Shown: piece after piece, positions 49,470-58,141 of the stretch | Layout of the letters: every line of letters begins with the position of its first letter | Numbering within the stretch: the stretch's first letter is position 1 | Assembly: GCA_016190825.1 (NCBI GenBank) | Contig: JACPPV010000039.1 | Coordinates: forward strand, 10,215 to 74,214 | DNA: 64,000 nt | Source: Chloroflexota bacterium | Lineage (GTDB): Bacteria; Chloroflexota; Dehalococcoidia; Dehalococcoidales; UBA2162 | Direction of reading: 5' to 3' | Notes under the pieces: generated by a model | Told to the model about the DNA's origin: nothing | Databases searched by the model: none | What the model saw: only the letters and a program-made list of their open reading frames with translations | Position numbers and translations under genes: made by a program

Positions 49470-50219
49470 TTAGTGTTTCGGCTTCAACAAGTCACTAATG
49501 TCCGCACGGTCAGAAACTAGACGCATCATACCCTCCAGAGCGTTCGTAACATTATTAAACGTAAGAAGCAAAGTCTCATCTTGGTCTGTTTTCAAAAGGA
49601 CTTCTACTTGCGAAACACGGCGGGACAAACCTGAAAGGTCAGTCTCTAGAACTTGGATAATGTCCCCTCGCAAATGATCCAGAATGCTTTCCGCCAGTTC
49701 AAAGGCTATCTGAGTACGAGTTGCGTCGCTCAAGGCTTCGAAGTCTTGCCATGCCTGGCTGGAACTCAAGCGATCGGACTCGCTCCAGTTGAAGCTGATA
49801 TTCCACTTAGCCAAGACTTCAACCATTTTCTGAAAAGGCAGTTCCAAGATCTCAACGCCAAAACTCCGAACCAATGCTTTCGAAGGCTGTGACCAGCGGC
49901 CAGCTAGGACAGCGATGGATTTGCGAATCGTAGGAAAGGTTTTGCGTAAGTTGTAATGGGCAACACACAGCCAACTACCCTTGTCTCGATTGTGCTTGGT
50001 ATAACGGATATATTTCGGGTCAATGATAATAACCGGATTTCCTCTTTGGTCAAATACTACGGCATCGATCTGGTAAACGTTTCCGCTACCATTCTTTAGC
50101 CTAGCTGGACGTACTGAATGGCCTCTTTCTTCAACTGCCTCCTTGATCCCTTCAATGATTGCAGTTTCGAACAATTTGCCGACCGCCTCGCCCAAAGCAC
50201 TACTAGGATTTGCTACCAT
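49470..50219 (-). CDS. Putative type II restriction endonuclease (PD-(D/E)xK-like)
   Basis: YQIDAVVFDQRGNPVIIIDPKYIRY fits the D...(D/E)-x-K spacing. Lies immediately downstream of a DNA methyltransferase. Lower GC. Confidence 0.55.
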   Translation of the reverse strand: MVANPSSALGEAVGKLFETAIIEGIKEAVEERGHSVRPARLKNGSGNVYQIDAVVFDQRGNPVIIIDPKYIRYTKHNRDKGSWLCVAHYNLRKTFPTIRKSIAVLAGRWSQPSKALVRSFGVEILELPFQKMVEVLAKWNISFNWSESDRLSSSQAWQDFEALSDATRTQIAFELAESILDHLRGDIIQVLETDLSGLSRRVSQVEVLLKTDQDETLLLTFNNVTNALEGMMRLVSDRADISDLLKPKH

Positions 50220-50229
50220 AAACCTCCTT

Positions 50230-51564
50230 CTACTTCTTGTGAATAGTTAGGATACTCTCTCGCAGAGGAATTTTGTGGCGTTGGGTATTGTTTGCCCACT
50301 TGTCACCCCTTGCCCGCAAAAATTCGACGTCATAAGCCTCGAATCCCACAGCAACGGCCAAGCGACCTATGATTTCTTCCGTTGGGACATGAACACCATA
50401 AGGCGCGGAGTCCCCAAGTACAAGTATGAACTGGCTTCTGGGTTTTAATGCGGTGTAAGCCTGCTGAAGTACCTTCGTCATATCCTCGAAATAGCCAGCA
50501 ACCATATAATCGTAAGTCTTTTTCCCCGGCTTGACACGCCTCATTTCTGTGAGCTGGCTTATTATGCCTCGAAGTTCTTCATGCACATCGGGAGATACTC
50601 TCCTAATTGTCGGGCACTCTCTTATTTGATTCATGGCACCGACATCAATCTGAGTAGTGGCAGCAATTATCAAGCGGTCACGAACATCACGAGTTATGTC
50701 ATTCCATCGTTTGTAGATTCCCCAGAAATAGGTTTCCAAGCGCGTTCGGTCAGCATAATCATAATTATTCAAATAGGGTGGTGACGTGACAATGAGATTA
50801 ATACTCTCCGGTGGAGCATATTGACTGAACTCGCGAGCATCACCTCGAATAAGAAAATGCTCAGAGGACGGTAAATTCAATGACTGCACATAACGTAGGT
50901 CGGCAAGCATCAGCATGCTTTGCTTGCCAAACTCAATGAACGCATCTCGCACAACTGTCCTCTTCGCGTATTTGGATGGAGCGATGTAAGGCCACCCAGA
51001 ACCAGCAGTCGTCACGATCCGCAACGTAGTCGTCAACGCAAGCTTGAAAAAATCAATATGGGCTGGCTCGATTTCTGCTTCAAAGATTGACTTCCTTAAG
51101 GCATACAGTTTTCGCAGGTTGTCCTCGCTAAAGCACTTGTGAATGAGATCAGGCCAAGAGTCGTCGTATTCTGTATCCTCCATTGAGCGCGCCGTGTCGA
51201 TAATTGGCTGAGTATCTCTAAAGAGGACATCCACATCGCACTCAAATCTCATCTTTGTCGATGCAACCCAGTGCACAAAAGAATGAGCCTCAATGCCCAA
51301 AGAATTGATACCCTGCATTTTCGCCGCTATCGAGGTTGTTCCTGTACCCAGAAATGGATCGGCTACCCAACTTCCCGGTGTAAGGCCATTTTCGGCTATT
51401 TTTGCTTCCACAAAGCGGTAGGAGTATCCTGCTGGATATGTGAACCATCGATGAATGGGCGCCTTCAGGCTATCGCGGAATGAACCGTAATTCTTGACTT
51501 CAACGTTAGTGGTCAAACATGGCCCTCCCTCATATTTTGGAGTCTCAAGTCTAAACTGAACCAT
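50230..51564 (-). CDS. DNA methyltransferase (N4-C/N6-A amino-MTase, motif I before motif IV)
   Basis: AdoMet motif I VADPFLGTGTTSIAA near the N-terminus. Catalytic motif IV VTSPPYLNNYDY lies about 190 aa later. Confidence 0.85.
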   Translation of the reverse strand: MVQFRLETPKYEGGPCLTTNVEVKNYGSFRDSLKAPIHRWFTYPAGYSYRFVEAKIAENGLTPGSWVADPFLGTGTTSIAAKMQGINSLGIEAHSFVHWVASTKMRFECDVDVLFRDTQPIIDTARSMEDTEYDDSWPDLIHKCFSEDNLRKLYALRKSIFEAEIEPAHIDFFKLALTTTLRIVTTAGSGWPYIAPSKYAKRTVVRDAFIEFGKQSMLMLADLRYVQSLNLPSSEHFLIRGDAREFSQYAPPESINLIVTSPPYLNNYDYADRTRLETYFWGIYKRWNDITRDVRDRLIIAATTQIDVGAMNQIRECPTIRRVSPDVHEELRGIISQLTEMRRVKPGKKTYDYMVAGYFEDMTKVLQQAYTALKPRSQFILVLGDSAPYGVHVPTEEIIGRLAVAVGFEAYDVEFLRARGDKWANNTQRHKIPLRESILTIHKK

Positions 51565-51622
51565 TTGTTCTAATCATACACGCTTCCGTGTAATCTGTCA
51601 ATACCCTTTAGCACAATTGTTC

Positions 51623-54250
51623 CTAGCACTTCGTATACCCGCACGCCGGGCATTTGAAGCAGCCTTCCTGGTAGGCAAGGATACCACCGCAGTCCGGGCA
51701 CTGCCCGGCGATATTTCTCACCGGGCCGCTATCCAGCACGCGCGCTATGGTATCGGAGCCGGAAGCGCTGTCATCATCATCGCCTTTGATATGCTTTTCC
51801 AGGACGCTGGCGATGGCATCGGCGCAGGAGAGCACCGCCTTGCCTTCCTCCCAGGCGATGGACGGGCAGCGAATTCCCCGGAGCTGCTCATAGATCGACG
51901 TAATGTCAATGCCGGAACGCAGGGATATCGAGACCAGACGACCGATCGCCTCTAGCTGGGCGGAGGCACAGCCCCCCGCCTTACCGAGCAATAGAAACAC
52001 CTCGCAGATGCCGCGCTCATCAAAGTTCACTGTCACGTATATCGAGCCGCAGCCGGTGGTCACCTTCTCGGTAACGCCGGTGGTGACCTTCGGACGGGGG
52101 CGGGGCACCAGTTTATCGGGCTGGGAAATCTCAACGTTTTGCGCTTTGCCGGCCTGCCGTGAGCCTGTCGAACCGGTCGTCAGCACCTGCGTATCACGAG
52201 AGCGGTCGCGGTAGATGGTAATCCCCTTCAACTCCATATCGTAAGCCATCGTGTACACTTTCGCCACGTCATCGCGGGTGGCCTGGTGGGGGAAATTGAC
52301 TGTCTTGGATACGGCGTTGTTGGTGGAATTCTGGAAGGCGGCCTGCATGCGCACGTGCCATTCGGGAATGATGTCATGGGCGGTAACGAATACCCGCTTC
52401 ACCCTCTCCGGAATGCCGTCGATATCATGGAGAGCCGTGCCTGAAGCCAGCTTGCCCATCAGGTCTTCGGAATAGAAGCCCTGGCTCTTCGCCGCCGCCT
52501 CGAAATAGGGATGCACCTCGACGAGACGGGCGCCATCGAGGATATTGCGCACATAGCTGAGGGCAAAGAGCGGCTCGATGCCGCTGGAGCAACCGGCGAT
52601 GATGCTGAGCGTGCCGGTGGGGGCGATGGTGGTACGGGTGGCATTTCTCACCCTTTCACCGAGCTTGTCATAGACGCTGCCCTGAAAAGCAGGGAACACG
52701 CCTCTTTCCTGCGCCAGTTCCCGGGAAGCCTCGGCAGCATGGCGCTGGATTTCAGCCATCACCTTTTCACCGACCTTCAGCCCCTCTTCCGAGTCATAGG
52801 GAATGCCGAGCCGGATGAGCATATCGGCAAAGCCCATCACCCCCAGCCCAATCTTCCGGGTCTTCTTGGTCATCTCCTCGATCTGCGGAAGGGGGAAATT
52901 GTTGACATCAATGACATTGTCCAGGAAGCGCACTGCCAGCCTGACTGTCCGGGCGAGCCTGTCATAGTCGACCTCATATCCCTTGCCCACTGCGCGCACC
53001 ATCCGGCTGAGGTTGATCGAGCCGAGGTTGCAGGACTCGTAGGGGAGGAGGGGTTGCTCGCCGCAAGGATTGGTGCTCTCGATCCTGCCCAGGTGGGGGG
53101 TGGGATTGTCCTGGTTAATGCGGTCGATGAAGACAACCCCCGGATCGCCCGTCCGCCAGGCCATATCGACGATCTTTTCGAATACCTCGCGGGCGTTGAG
53201 GCACGAATGCACCTCTTTGGTGTGGGGGTTTATCAGGTTGTAATCAGCATCCGCCTTGACCGCCTCCATGAACTCGCTGGTGACGGCCACGGAGAGGTTG
53301 AAATTATTCAGGGCGGTGGACTCTTCCTTGGCGGTGATGAACCGCATGATATCAGGATGGTCGACGCTGAGGATGGCCATGTTGGCGCCCCGCCGCATCC
53401 CACCCTGCTTGATGACATCGGTGGCGACATCGAAGGCGCGCATGAAGGAGACCGGCCCGCTGGCGACTCCGCCCGTTGAGCCGACGCGGTCTTTCTCCGG
53501 CCGGAGACGGGAGAATGAGAAGCCGGTGCCGCCGCCGCTCTTGTGAATGAGCGCGGTGTATTTCACAGCATCGAATATGGACTCCATCGAGTCCTCGATG
53601 GGCAGGACAAAGCAAGCAGACAGCTGTCCCAGCTCACGCCCGGCATTCATCAGGGTCGGAGAGTTGGGCAGGAAATCGAGGCTGATCATCGCCCGGTAGA
53701 ACGCTTCCTCCCAGTAGGTGACATCAGCCTTCGGCTCATAAATTATCTCAGCCCAGGCAATCGTCTTCGCCACGCGGCGGAACATATCCTCCGGCTTCTC
53801 GATAGCCCGGCCCTGTTTGTCCTTTTGCAGGTATCTCTTCTCCAGCACCTGGCGGGCGTTATCGGTAAGGGCAATTTCCTCGTTTTGAACGCCGGACTCC
53901 ATTCGCGATGCGTCAGGTTTCCCGACTTTGTCCGAATTAACTGTAAATGACTCGACCATAGGTTTTACCTCCTCTTTTGGAGCGGGTGTTTCATTCGCCA
54001 GGATTTCCTGGACGATAGCCTGAATCTCCGACTTTGACGGCAATGCCTTCTTCTTGTTACGGGCAGCCTCCGGCACGAAATCCTCCATGCCGGGCAGAGG
54101 CCGTGCTGACCGCTCCATGCGCTCGATCACCCGGCTGGTCAGTTCCTCTATCTGGCGCTTGTCCCGCAGGCCCATGGATTCCGCGTGCGCCACCACCAGC
54201 TTCAGAATTTCAGTGCGGGTTTTGTCGATATTCTTGTTCCTAGCTTCCAA
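51623..54250 (-). CDS. nrdJ: Class II (adenosylcobalamin-dependent) ribonucleotide reductase
   Basis: LPNSPTLMNAG, SCFVLP, STNPCGEQPLLPYESCNLGS and VSKTVNFP. C-terminal Cys4 zinc module CPDCGG...CFKCPACG. Confidence 0.9.
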   Translation of the reverse strand: MEARNKNIDKTRTEILKLVVAHAESMGLRDKRQIEELTSRVIERMERSARPLPGMEDFVPEAARNKKKALPSKSEIQAIVQEILANETPAPKEEVKPMVESFTVNSDKVGKPDASRMESGVQNEEIALTDNARQVLEKRYLQKDKQGRAIEKPEDMFRRVAKTIAWAEIIYEPKADVTYWEEAFYRAMISLDFLPNSPTLMNAGRELGQLSACFVLPIEDSMESIFDAVKYTALIHKSGGGTGFSFSRLRPEKDRVGSTGGVASGPVSFMRAFDVATDVIKQGGMRRGANMAILSVDHPDIMRFITAKEESTALNNFNLSVAVTSEFMEAVKADADYNLINPHTKEVHSCLNAREVFEKIVDMAWRTGDPGVVFIDRINQDNPTPHLGRIESTNPCGEQPLLPYESCNLGSINLSRMVRAVGKGYEVDYDRLARTVRLAVRFLDNVIDVNNFPLPQIEEMTKKTRKIGLGVMGFADMLIRLGIPYDSEEGLKVGEKVMAEIQRHAAEASRELAQERGVFPAFQGSVYDKLGERVRNATRTTIAPTGTLSIIAGCSSGIEPLFALSYVRNILDGARLVEVHPYFEAAAKSQGFYSEDLMGKLASGTALHDIDGIPERVKRVFVTAHDIIPEWHVRMQAAFQNSTNNAVSKTVNFPHQATRDDVAKVYTMAYDMELKGITIYRDRSRDTQVLTTGSTGSRQAGKAQNVEISQPDKLVPRPRPKVTTGVTEKVTTGCGSIYVTVNFDERGICEVFLLLGKAGGCASAQLEAIGRLVSISLRSGIDITSIYEQLRGIRCPSIAWEEGKAVLSCADAIASVLEKHIKGDDDDSASGSDTIARVLDSGPVRNIAGQCPDCGGILAYQEGCFKCPACGYTKC

Positions 54251-54327
54251 TTCGATTCAACCTCTACTTGTTGAAGGACGGAAGTACATCTTCGTAAACT
54301 TATCGCAAAACGAAGTATGCTTCACCA

Positions 54328-54633
54328 CTAAAGAGTACTATAGCCGACGGTATTCGTCGCGGTTGCATTAACAACGATATTATTATTGAACCACTGAGGT
54401 ACAGAAGAACTAACTGGCGCTTCGGGTAGGTGTGGTTCGCTGGAGTTAGGTGGTAAGCTTATCTCAGGTTTATACGCTGAAATTATCATAAGCACCACAA
54501 AAGCGCCACCAACAACCATACAGACCACCTTCGTAGTTAACTCACCTCTAATTGTTTTGTACGTCTTTATCCAGATAATCTTTATCCAAGTAATCTCGGG
54601 CTGGAAATTCTCACTTTTTGAGGCTTCTTTCAT
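54328..54633 (-). CDS. Hypothetical single-TM protein between nrdR and nrdJ
   Basis: ATG at 54633 is preceded by GAGGAG. TM is VVCMVVGGAFVVLMIISAY. AT-rich segment. Confidence 0.35.
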   Translation of the reverse strand: MKEASKSENFQPEITWIKIIWIKTYKTIRGELTTKVVCMVVGGAFVVLMIISAYKPEISLPPNSSEPHLPEAPVSSSVPQWFNNNIVVNATATNTVGYSTL

Positions 54634-54696
54634 AGCTAAACTCCTCACCTGACCTTACATCGCATTCAAATCTTCCAGTGGTCTATCTCTTTTCGC

Positions 54697-55260
54697 TCAT
54701 CTCCGGTTCCTCCGCCGATTCGGCAAGCTCACGGCAGGCCGTTTGCCGGCAACATCCGTTTCTTCCGCCGGCAGCAAAGGCAGTTGACTGATTATGCGGG
54801 GATCTTCCGCATCAGGGGCATTGACCAGGCTGTCAATTTCCTTTTTGAGTACCGTGATATCGGCAAACTCACGGTAAACGCTGGCAAAGCGGATATAGGC
54901 AATGTGGTCGAGCTTCTTCAGCCTCTCCATGACCATATCGCCGATGGCGCTGCTGGGTATCTCCGCCTTGCCCAGACCATACAGCTCAGCCTCGATGTCA
55001 TCCGCTATCTTGTCAACGGTCCCGGTGGGGAGGGGACGCTTCTCACACGCCCGGCGCAGACCGGACAATAGCTTTTCCTTGCTGAACTCTTCCCGGCGCT
55101 GGTCCTTTTTGATAATAAACAGGCTCGCCCGCTGGAGATGCTCGTAGGTGGTAAAGCGCGCTTCGCACTTCAGACACTCGCGCCGCCGCCTGATGCCGTC
55201 GTTGACATCGCGGGAATCAATTACCTTCGAATCATCGTGGCCGCAAAAAGGACAGTTCAT
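54697..55260 (-). CDS. nrdR: Transcriptional repressor NrdR (zinc ribbon plus ATP-cone) with C-terminal extension
   Basis: MNCPFCGHDDSKVIDSRDVNDGIRRRRECLKCEARFTTYE, plus an ATP-cone. Confidence 0.9.
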   Translation of the reverse strand: MNCPFCGHDDSKVIDSRDVNDGIRRRRECLKCEARFTTYEHLQRASLFIIKKDQRREEFSKEKLLSGLRRACEKRPLPTGTVDKIADDIEAELYGLGKAEIPSSAIGDMVMERLKKLDHIAYIRFASVYREFADITVLKKEIDSLVNAPDAEDPRIISQLPLLPAEETDVAGKRPAVSLPNRRRNRR

Positions 55261-55384
55261 AACATAACTCTACAATATATGGGATAGTGACGATAATCTA
55301 CCACAAGGGGTAGTGTCTGTCAAGGGGTTTTATCAAAATAAATCTGCCAATTATAGTTGAACTGGAATACAAGGTATAGTGGGA

Positions 55385-55414
55385 GTAGATTCCCGCCTGC
55401 GCGGGAATGACATT
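55385..55414. repeat. Palindromic dispersed repeat (gtagattcccgcctgcgcgggaatgacatt)
   Basis: Near-identical copy at 61158-61188. Stem ttcccgc/gcgggaa. Confidence 0.7.
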
Positions 55415-55513
55415 TGGTACGTAGGCGTAAGTGACGTTTGGTACAACGCCCTTTGACAGGAGAAATAGCAGGACAGGACAAGGCTGCTTACGGCATGATG
55501 CAGTACGGTATCA

Positions 55514-55960
55514 TTACCGGTAGTTGCCGGAAATATAGTTGTTCAAGAGGCGCGCCTGGGACCGGTATTCTTCAAGCTGGAAGCCGAGCAGGTCCCGCAT
55601 GGAGATCATGCCTACCACTTTCCGGTTCTCCACAATGGGAAGATGTCTTATCCTCTTATCCTTCATCACGCTGATAGCGTAATCCACATCATCTTCCCTG
55701 ACGCCGATAATCACTTCCTTGGTCATAACGTCGCGAACCTTGATCTTGGCGGTGGAGGTATCGTTGGCAAAGCATCTCCTCACGACATCGCGTTCGGTTA
55801 CTATCCCCACCAGCTCCCCTTTGTCATCGTAAACGGGAAGGGAGCTCCGGTCATACTCCATCATCTTACGGATGGCTGTGGCTACTGACTCATTATGTCC
55901 AATGGTAACGACTACCTGGTACTTGAATTCCTTGGTATTCAGTAACTGTCCAAGATTCAT
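55514..55960 (-). CDS. CBS-domain pair protein
   Basis: 148 aa with two CBS repeats (VMTKEVIIGVREDDVDYAISVMKDKRIRHLPIV...GMISMRDLL). Confidence 0.85.
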   Translation of the reverse strand: MNLGQLLNTKEFKYQVVVTIGHNESVATAIRKMMEYDRSSLPVYDDKGELVGIVTERDVVRRCFANDTSTAKIKVRDVMTKEVIIGVREDDVDYAISVMKDKRIRHLPIVENRKVVGMISMRDLLGFQLEEYRSQARLLNNYISGNYR

Positions 55961-56079
55961 ACGGTACCTCCTTTTCGCTGGGGGAGCGGAAAAGCGACTT
56001 TACTAGTAAGTATAAATGATACCGATTCTTCGTCTTGATGTCAACGCTTCGCTGCCTCACAGAGAGGTACCGGCGGGTA

Positions 56080-56123
56080 TTGCAATAAAATAAAGATTCG
56101 AGTACTATACATAATAGTACTCG
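56080..56123 (+). promoter_or_regulatory. Promoter candidate overlapped by a perfect 10-bp inverted repeat (operator-like)
   Basis: TTGCAA (56080-56085), a 17-nt spacer, then TACTAT (56103-56108). The palindrome cgagtactat-acata-atagtactcg spans 56099-56123 and ends 28 nt before the ATG at 56152. Confidence 0.4.
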
Positions 56124-56151
56124 GCATATCGCCAAACAACGGGGACACAAA

Positions 56152-56646
56152 ATGAAAAGAAACATTCAGCTAGTCTTGCTAACCGCCGGTCTCTTGGCGG
56201 CAACGCTGATCACTGCCTGTTCTGCGCAGAATACAGGCGGCAGCAGTCAATCAGATTCCCATGCTTACAGAGAAGTGAGCGCTACCATCTTCGCACCGAA
56301 CGGCTGAGAGTGCTGTACGGCGTGGTCACGCTACATGACACAACAGGGATTTCGCCCTAAGCTCACTTATGTCACTAACCTGGCGGCCATAAGACAGAAA
56401 AATGGAGTCCCCGACGAGTATGCCTCCTGTCACACGGCAATTATTGACGGATACGTGGTCGAAGGTCACGTGCCAATTGAGGCCGTAAGCAAACTGCTGA
56501 CCGAGCGGCCGGACATAGATGGAATCGCGCTGCCCGGAATGGTCGAAGGTGCGCCGGGAATGGATGGCGTTCTAACGAAGCCAATCACGGTTTACGCGCT
56601 CTCTAACGGCACGGCAACGGAGTTCATGACCTTCAATCCCCGGTGA
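56152..56646 (+). CDS. DUF411/CopG-family metal-binding lipoprotein with in-frame TGA (candidate selenocysteine; pseudogene is the alternative)
   Basis: My translation from 56152 is MKRNIQLVLLTAGLLAATLITAC... (lipobox) ...ATIFAPNG-TGA-ECCTAWSRYMTQQGF. It continues in frame into the track ORF 56335..56646 (SCHTAIIDGYVVEGHVPIEAV..LPGMVEGAPGM). TGA is at 56305-56307. Confidence 0.6.
56314..56335 (+). promoter_or_regulatory. SECIS-like hairpin downstream of the in-frame TGA
   Basis: tgta(cg)gcgt-GGTC-acgc-taca forms two 4-bp helices with a 2-nt bulge. The GGUC apical loop starts 16 nt after UGA. Confidence 0.45.
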
Positions 56647-56836
56647 CGGAAAGGGGGAGTAACGTGCACTCGATTCATTGCCGCTCACCCCGGTAATCCG
56701 GCGACTGACTGTCTTATCTCCACGTAACCCCGGCCGATTTCGCCTTCACCCAAGAGCCGCGATTTTCGGGCAAAAATTGTTGCCCCGCGCACGGCACCGT
56801 GCTATACTTGCGCCTTAGATTCCCCCGAATCAAACC

Positions 56837-58141
56837 ATGAGCACTCAACACACCCCGCCAGGCCACCGGAAACGACCCTTTTACGGCTGGATAATTGTCG
56901 CCGTCATGGCGACCATCAGCGCATTTATGCCGGCACTGGCTACACTGAACTACGGGCTCTTCATCAAGCCGATGGGCGATGAGCTCGGCATTGGACGCTC
57001 CATCTTCGGCTGGGCGATGACAGCGAGGCAGTTAGCCGCCTCAGCTACCGGTCCCCTGCTCGGGCGACTTCTCGACCGTTTTGGGTCGCGAGTCATACTG
57101 GCCATCGCCGCCATCGTGACCGGGTCAGCGATATTCAGCCTCGGCTTCATACGGGAGCCCTGGCAACTGATATTACTATTCGGAATCATGGGACTCATCG
57201 GCGCAGGACCCGGCGGCTCAATGGTCACTTCCGTTCCGCTTTTCAAGTGGTTTGTTGAGAACCGCGGCAAGGCAATCGCTTTCAGCTCTCTGGGCATTCC
57301 GGTTGGCGCCATCATCTTCATTCCCCTGACACAGGTGCTCATTGCATCAAGAGGGTGGCGCGAAGCCTGGATTATCCTGGCAGTCATCAGTGTTGCCATC
57401 ATCGTGCCTGTTTCACTGGTGCTGGTGCGGCGTCAGCCGGAGGACATGGGCCTTTTGCCCGATGGGGTTCAGCCGTCCGTACTGACCTCCAGAGACACGG
57501 CTTCTGTACCAGTCACAGACACCAGAGAGGTTTCCTGGACTGTAAAGGAAGCGATGCGAAGCCGTGTTTTTTGGCGCCTGGTAGCCGTGTTCAGCCTGAT
57601 GTTCTTGGCGATGGGAAGCATCAGCGTGCACCGGATTCCCGCTTTCATGGACCGCGGGCTTGACGCCAGTCTTATTGCATACGCCACCGCTTTTGACGCC
57701 ATCCTTGCCGGGCTCAGCACCTTTATATCGGGACTGCTGGTAAGAAGGCTGCGGACAAAGTTTCTTGGCGCAGCCAGTATCTTCTTGCTCGCGGTTGCCA
57801 GCGTACTCACGATTAACGCCTACACGCTTCCCGTCATGTTTTTGGCCATGGCATTCTTCGGCTTGGGCATCGGCGGGACGATGTTCTGCGCGAGCTTCTT
57901 GTGGGCTGAATACTTTGGACGGGAGCACCTGGGCAGCATCATTGGAATAGTCACGCCGCTAAATATGCTGGTGGGAGGAATTGGGCCACCCCTTGCCGGC
58001 TACGTTCGTGATGCCACCGGCCGTTATGACCCAATATGGTGGGCTAGCGTCAGCCTGTTGACTCTCTGCGCCGTAGCGCTGGCAACCACAGCCAGCCCCG
58101 GGAAAACAGGCACACTTGTTTCACCGGTTCCAGACCGGTAG
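56837..58141 (+). CDS. MFS transporter
   Basis: 434 aa with about 12 TM helices and an MFS loop 2-3 motif (GPLLGRLLDRFGSR). Confidence 0.85.
   Translation: MSTQHTPPGHRKRPFYGWIIVAVMATISAFMPALATLNYGLFIKPMGDELGIGRSIFGWAMTARQLAASATGPLLGRLLDRFGSRVILAIAAIVTGSAIFSLGFIREPWQLILLFGIMGLIGAGPGGSMVTSVPLFKWFVENRGKAIAFSSLGIPVGAIIFIPLTQVLIASRGWREAWIILAVISVAIIVPVSLVLVRRQPEDMGLLPDGVQPSVLTSRDTASVPVTDTREVSWTVKEAMRSRVFWRLVAVFSLMFLAMGSISVHRIPAFMDRGLDASLIAYATAFDAILAGLSTFISGLLVRRLRTKFLGAASIFLLAVASVLTINAYTLPVMFLAMAFFGLGIGGTMFCASFLWAEYFGREHLGSIIGIVTPLNMLVGGIGPPLAGYVRDATGRYDPIWWASVSLLTLCAVALATTASPGKTGTLVSPVPDR

Noticed and set aside
51623-54250. Possible intein or cobalamin riboswitch associated with nrdJ.
   Set aside because: The 875-aa length is explained by an N-terminal extension and a C-terminal zinc module. 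No intein splice-junction blocks interrupt the catalytic motifs. No B12-box (gccactg-like core) is visible upstream.
54333-54342. The 10-mer gagtactata is shared between the nrdJ upstream region (54333-54342) and the DUF411 operator half-site (56100-56109).
   Set aside because: A single 10-nt match in 64 kb searched on both strands has a rough chance expectation of about 0.1. At 54.3 kb it is not part of a palindrome. That is insufficient to propose co-regulation.
56335-56646. The track ORF starting at ATG 56335 as the complete DUF411 gene.
   Set aside because: It would lack both the signal peptide and the CxCC motif that define the family. Both elements are present upstream in the same frame and separated only by one TGA, so I annotated the read-through form. 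A pseudogene remains the explicit alternative.
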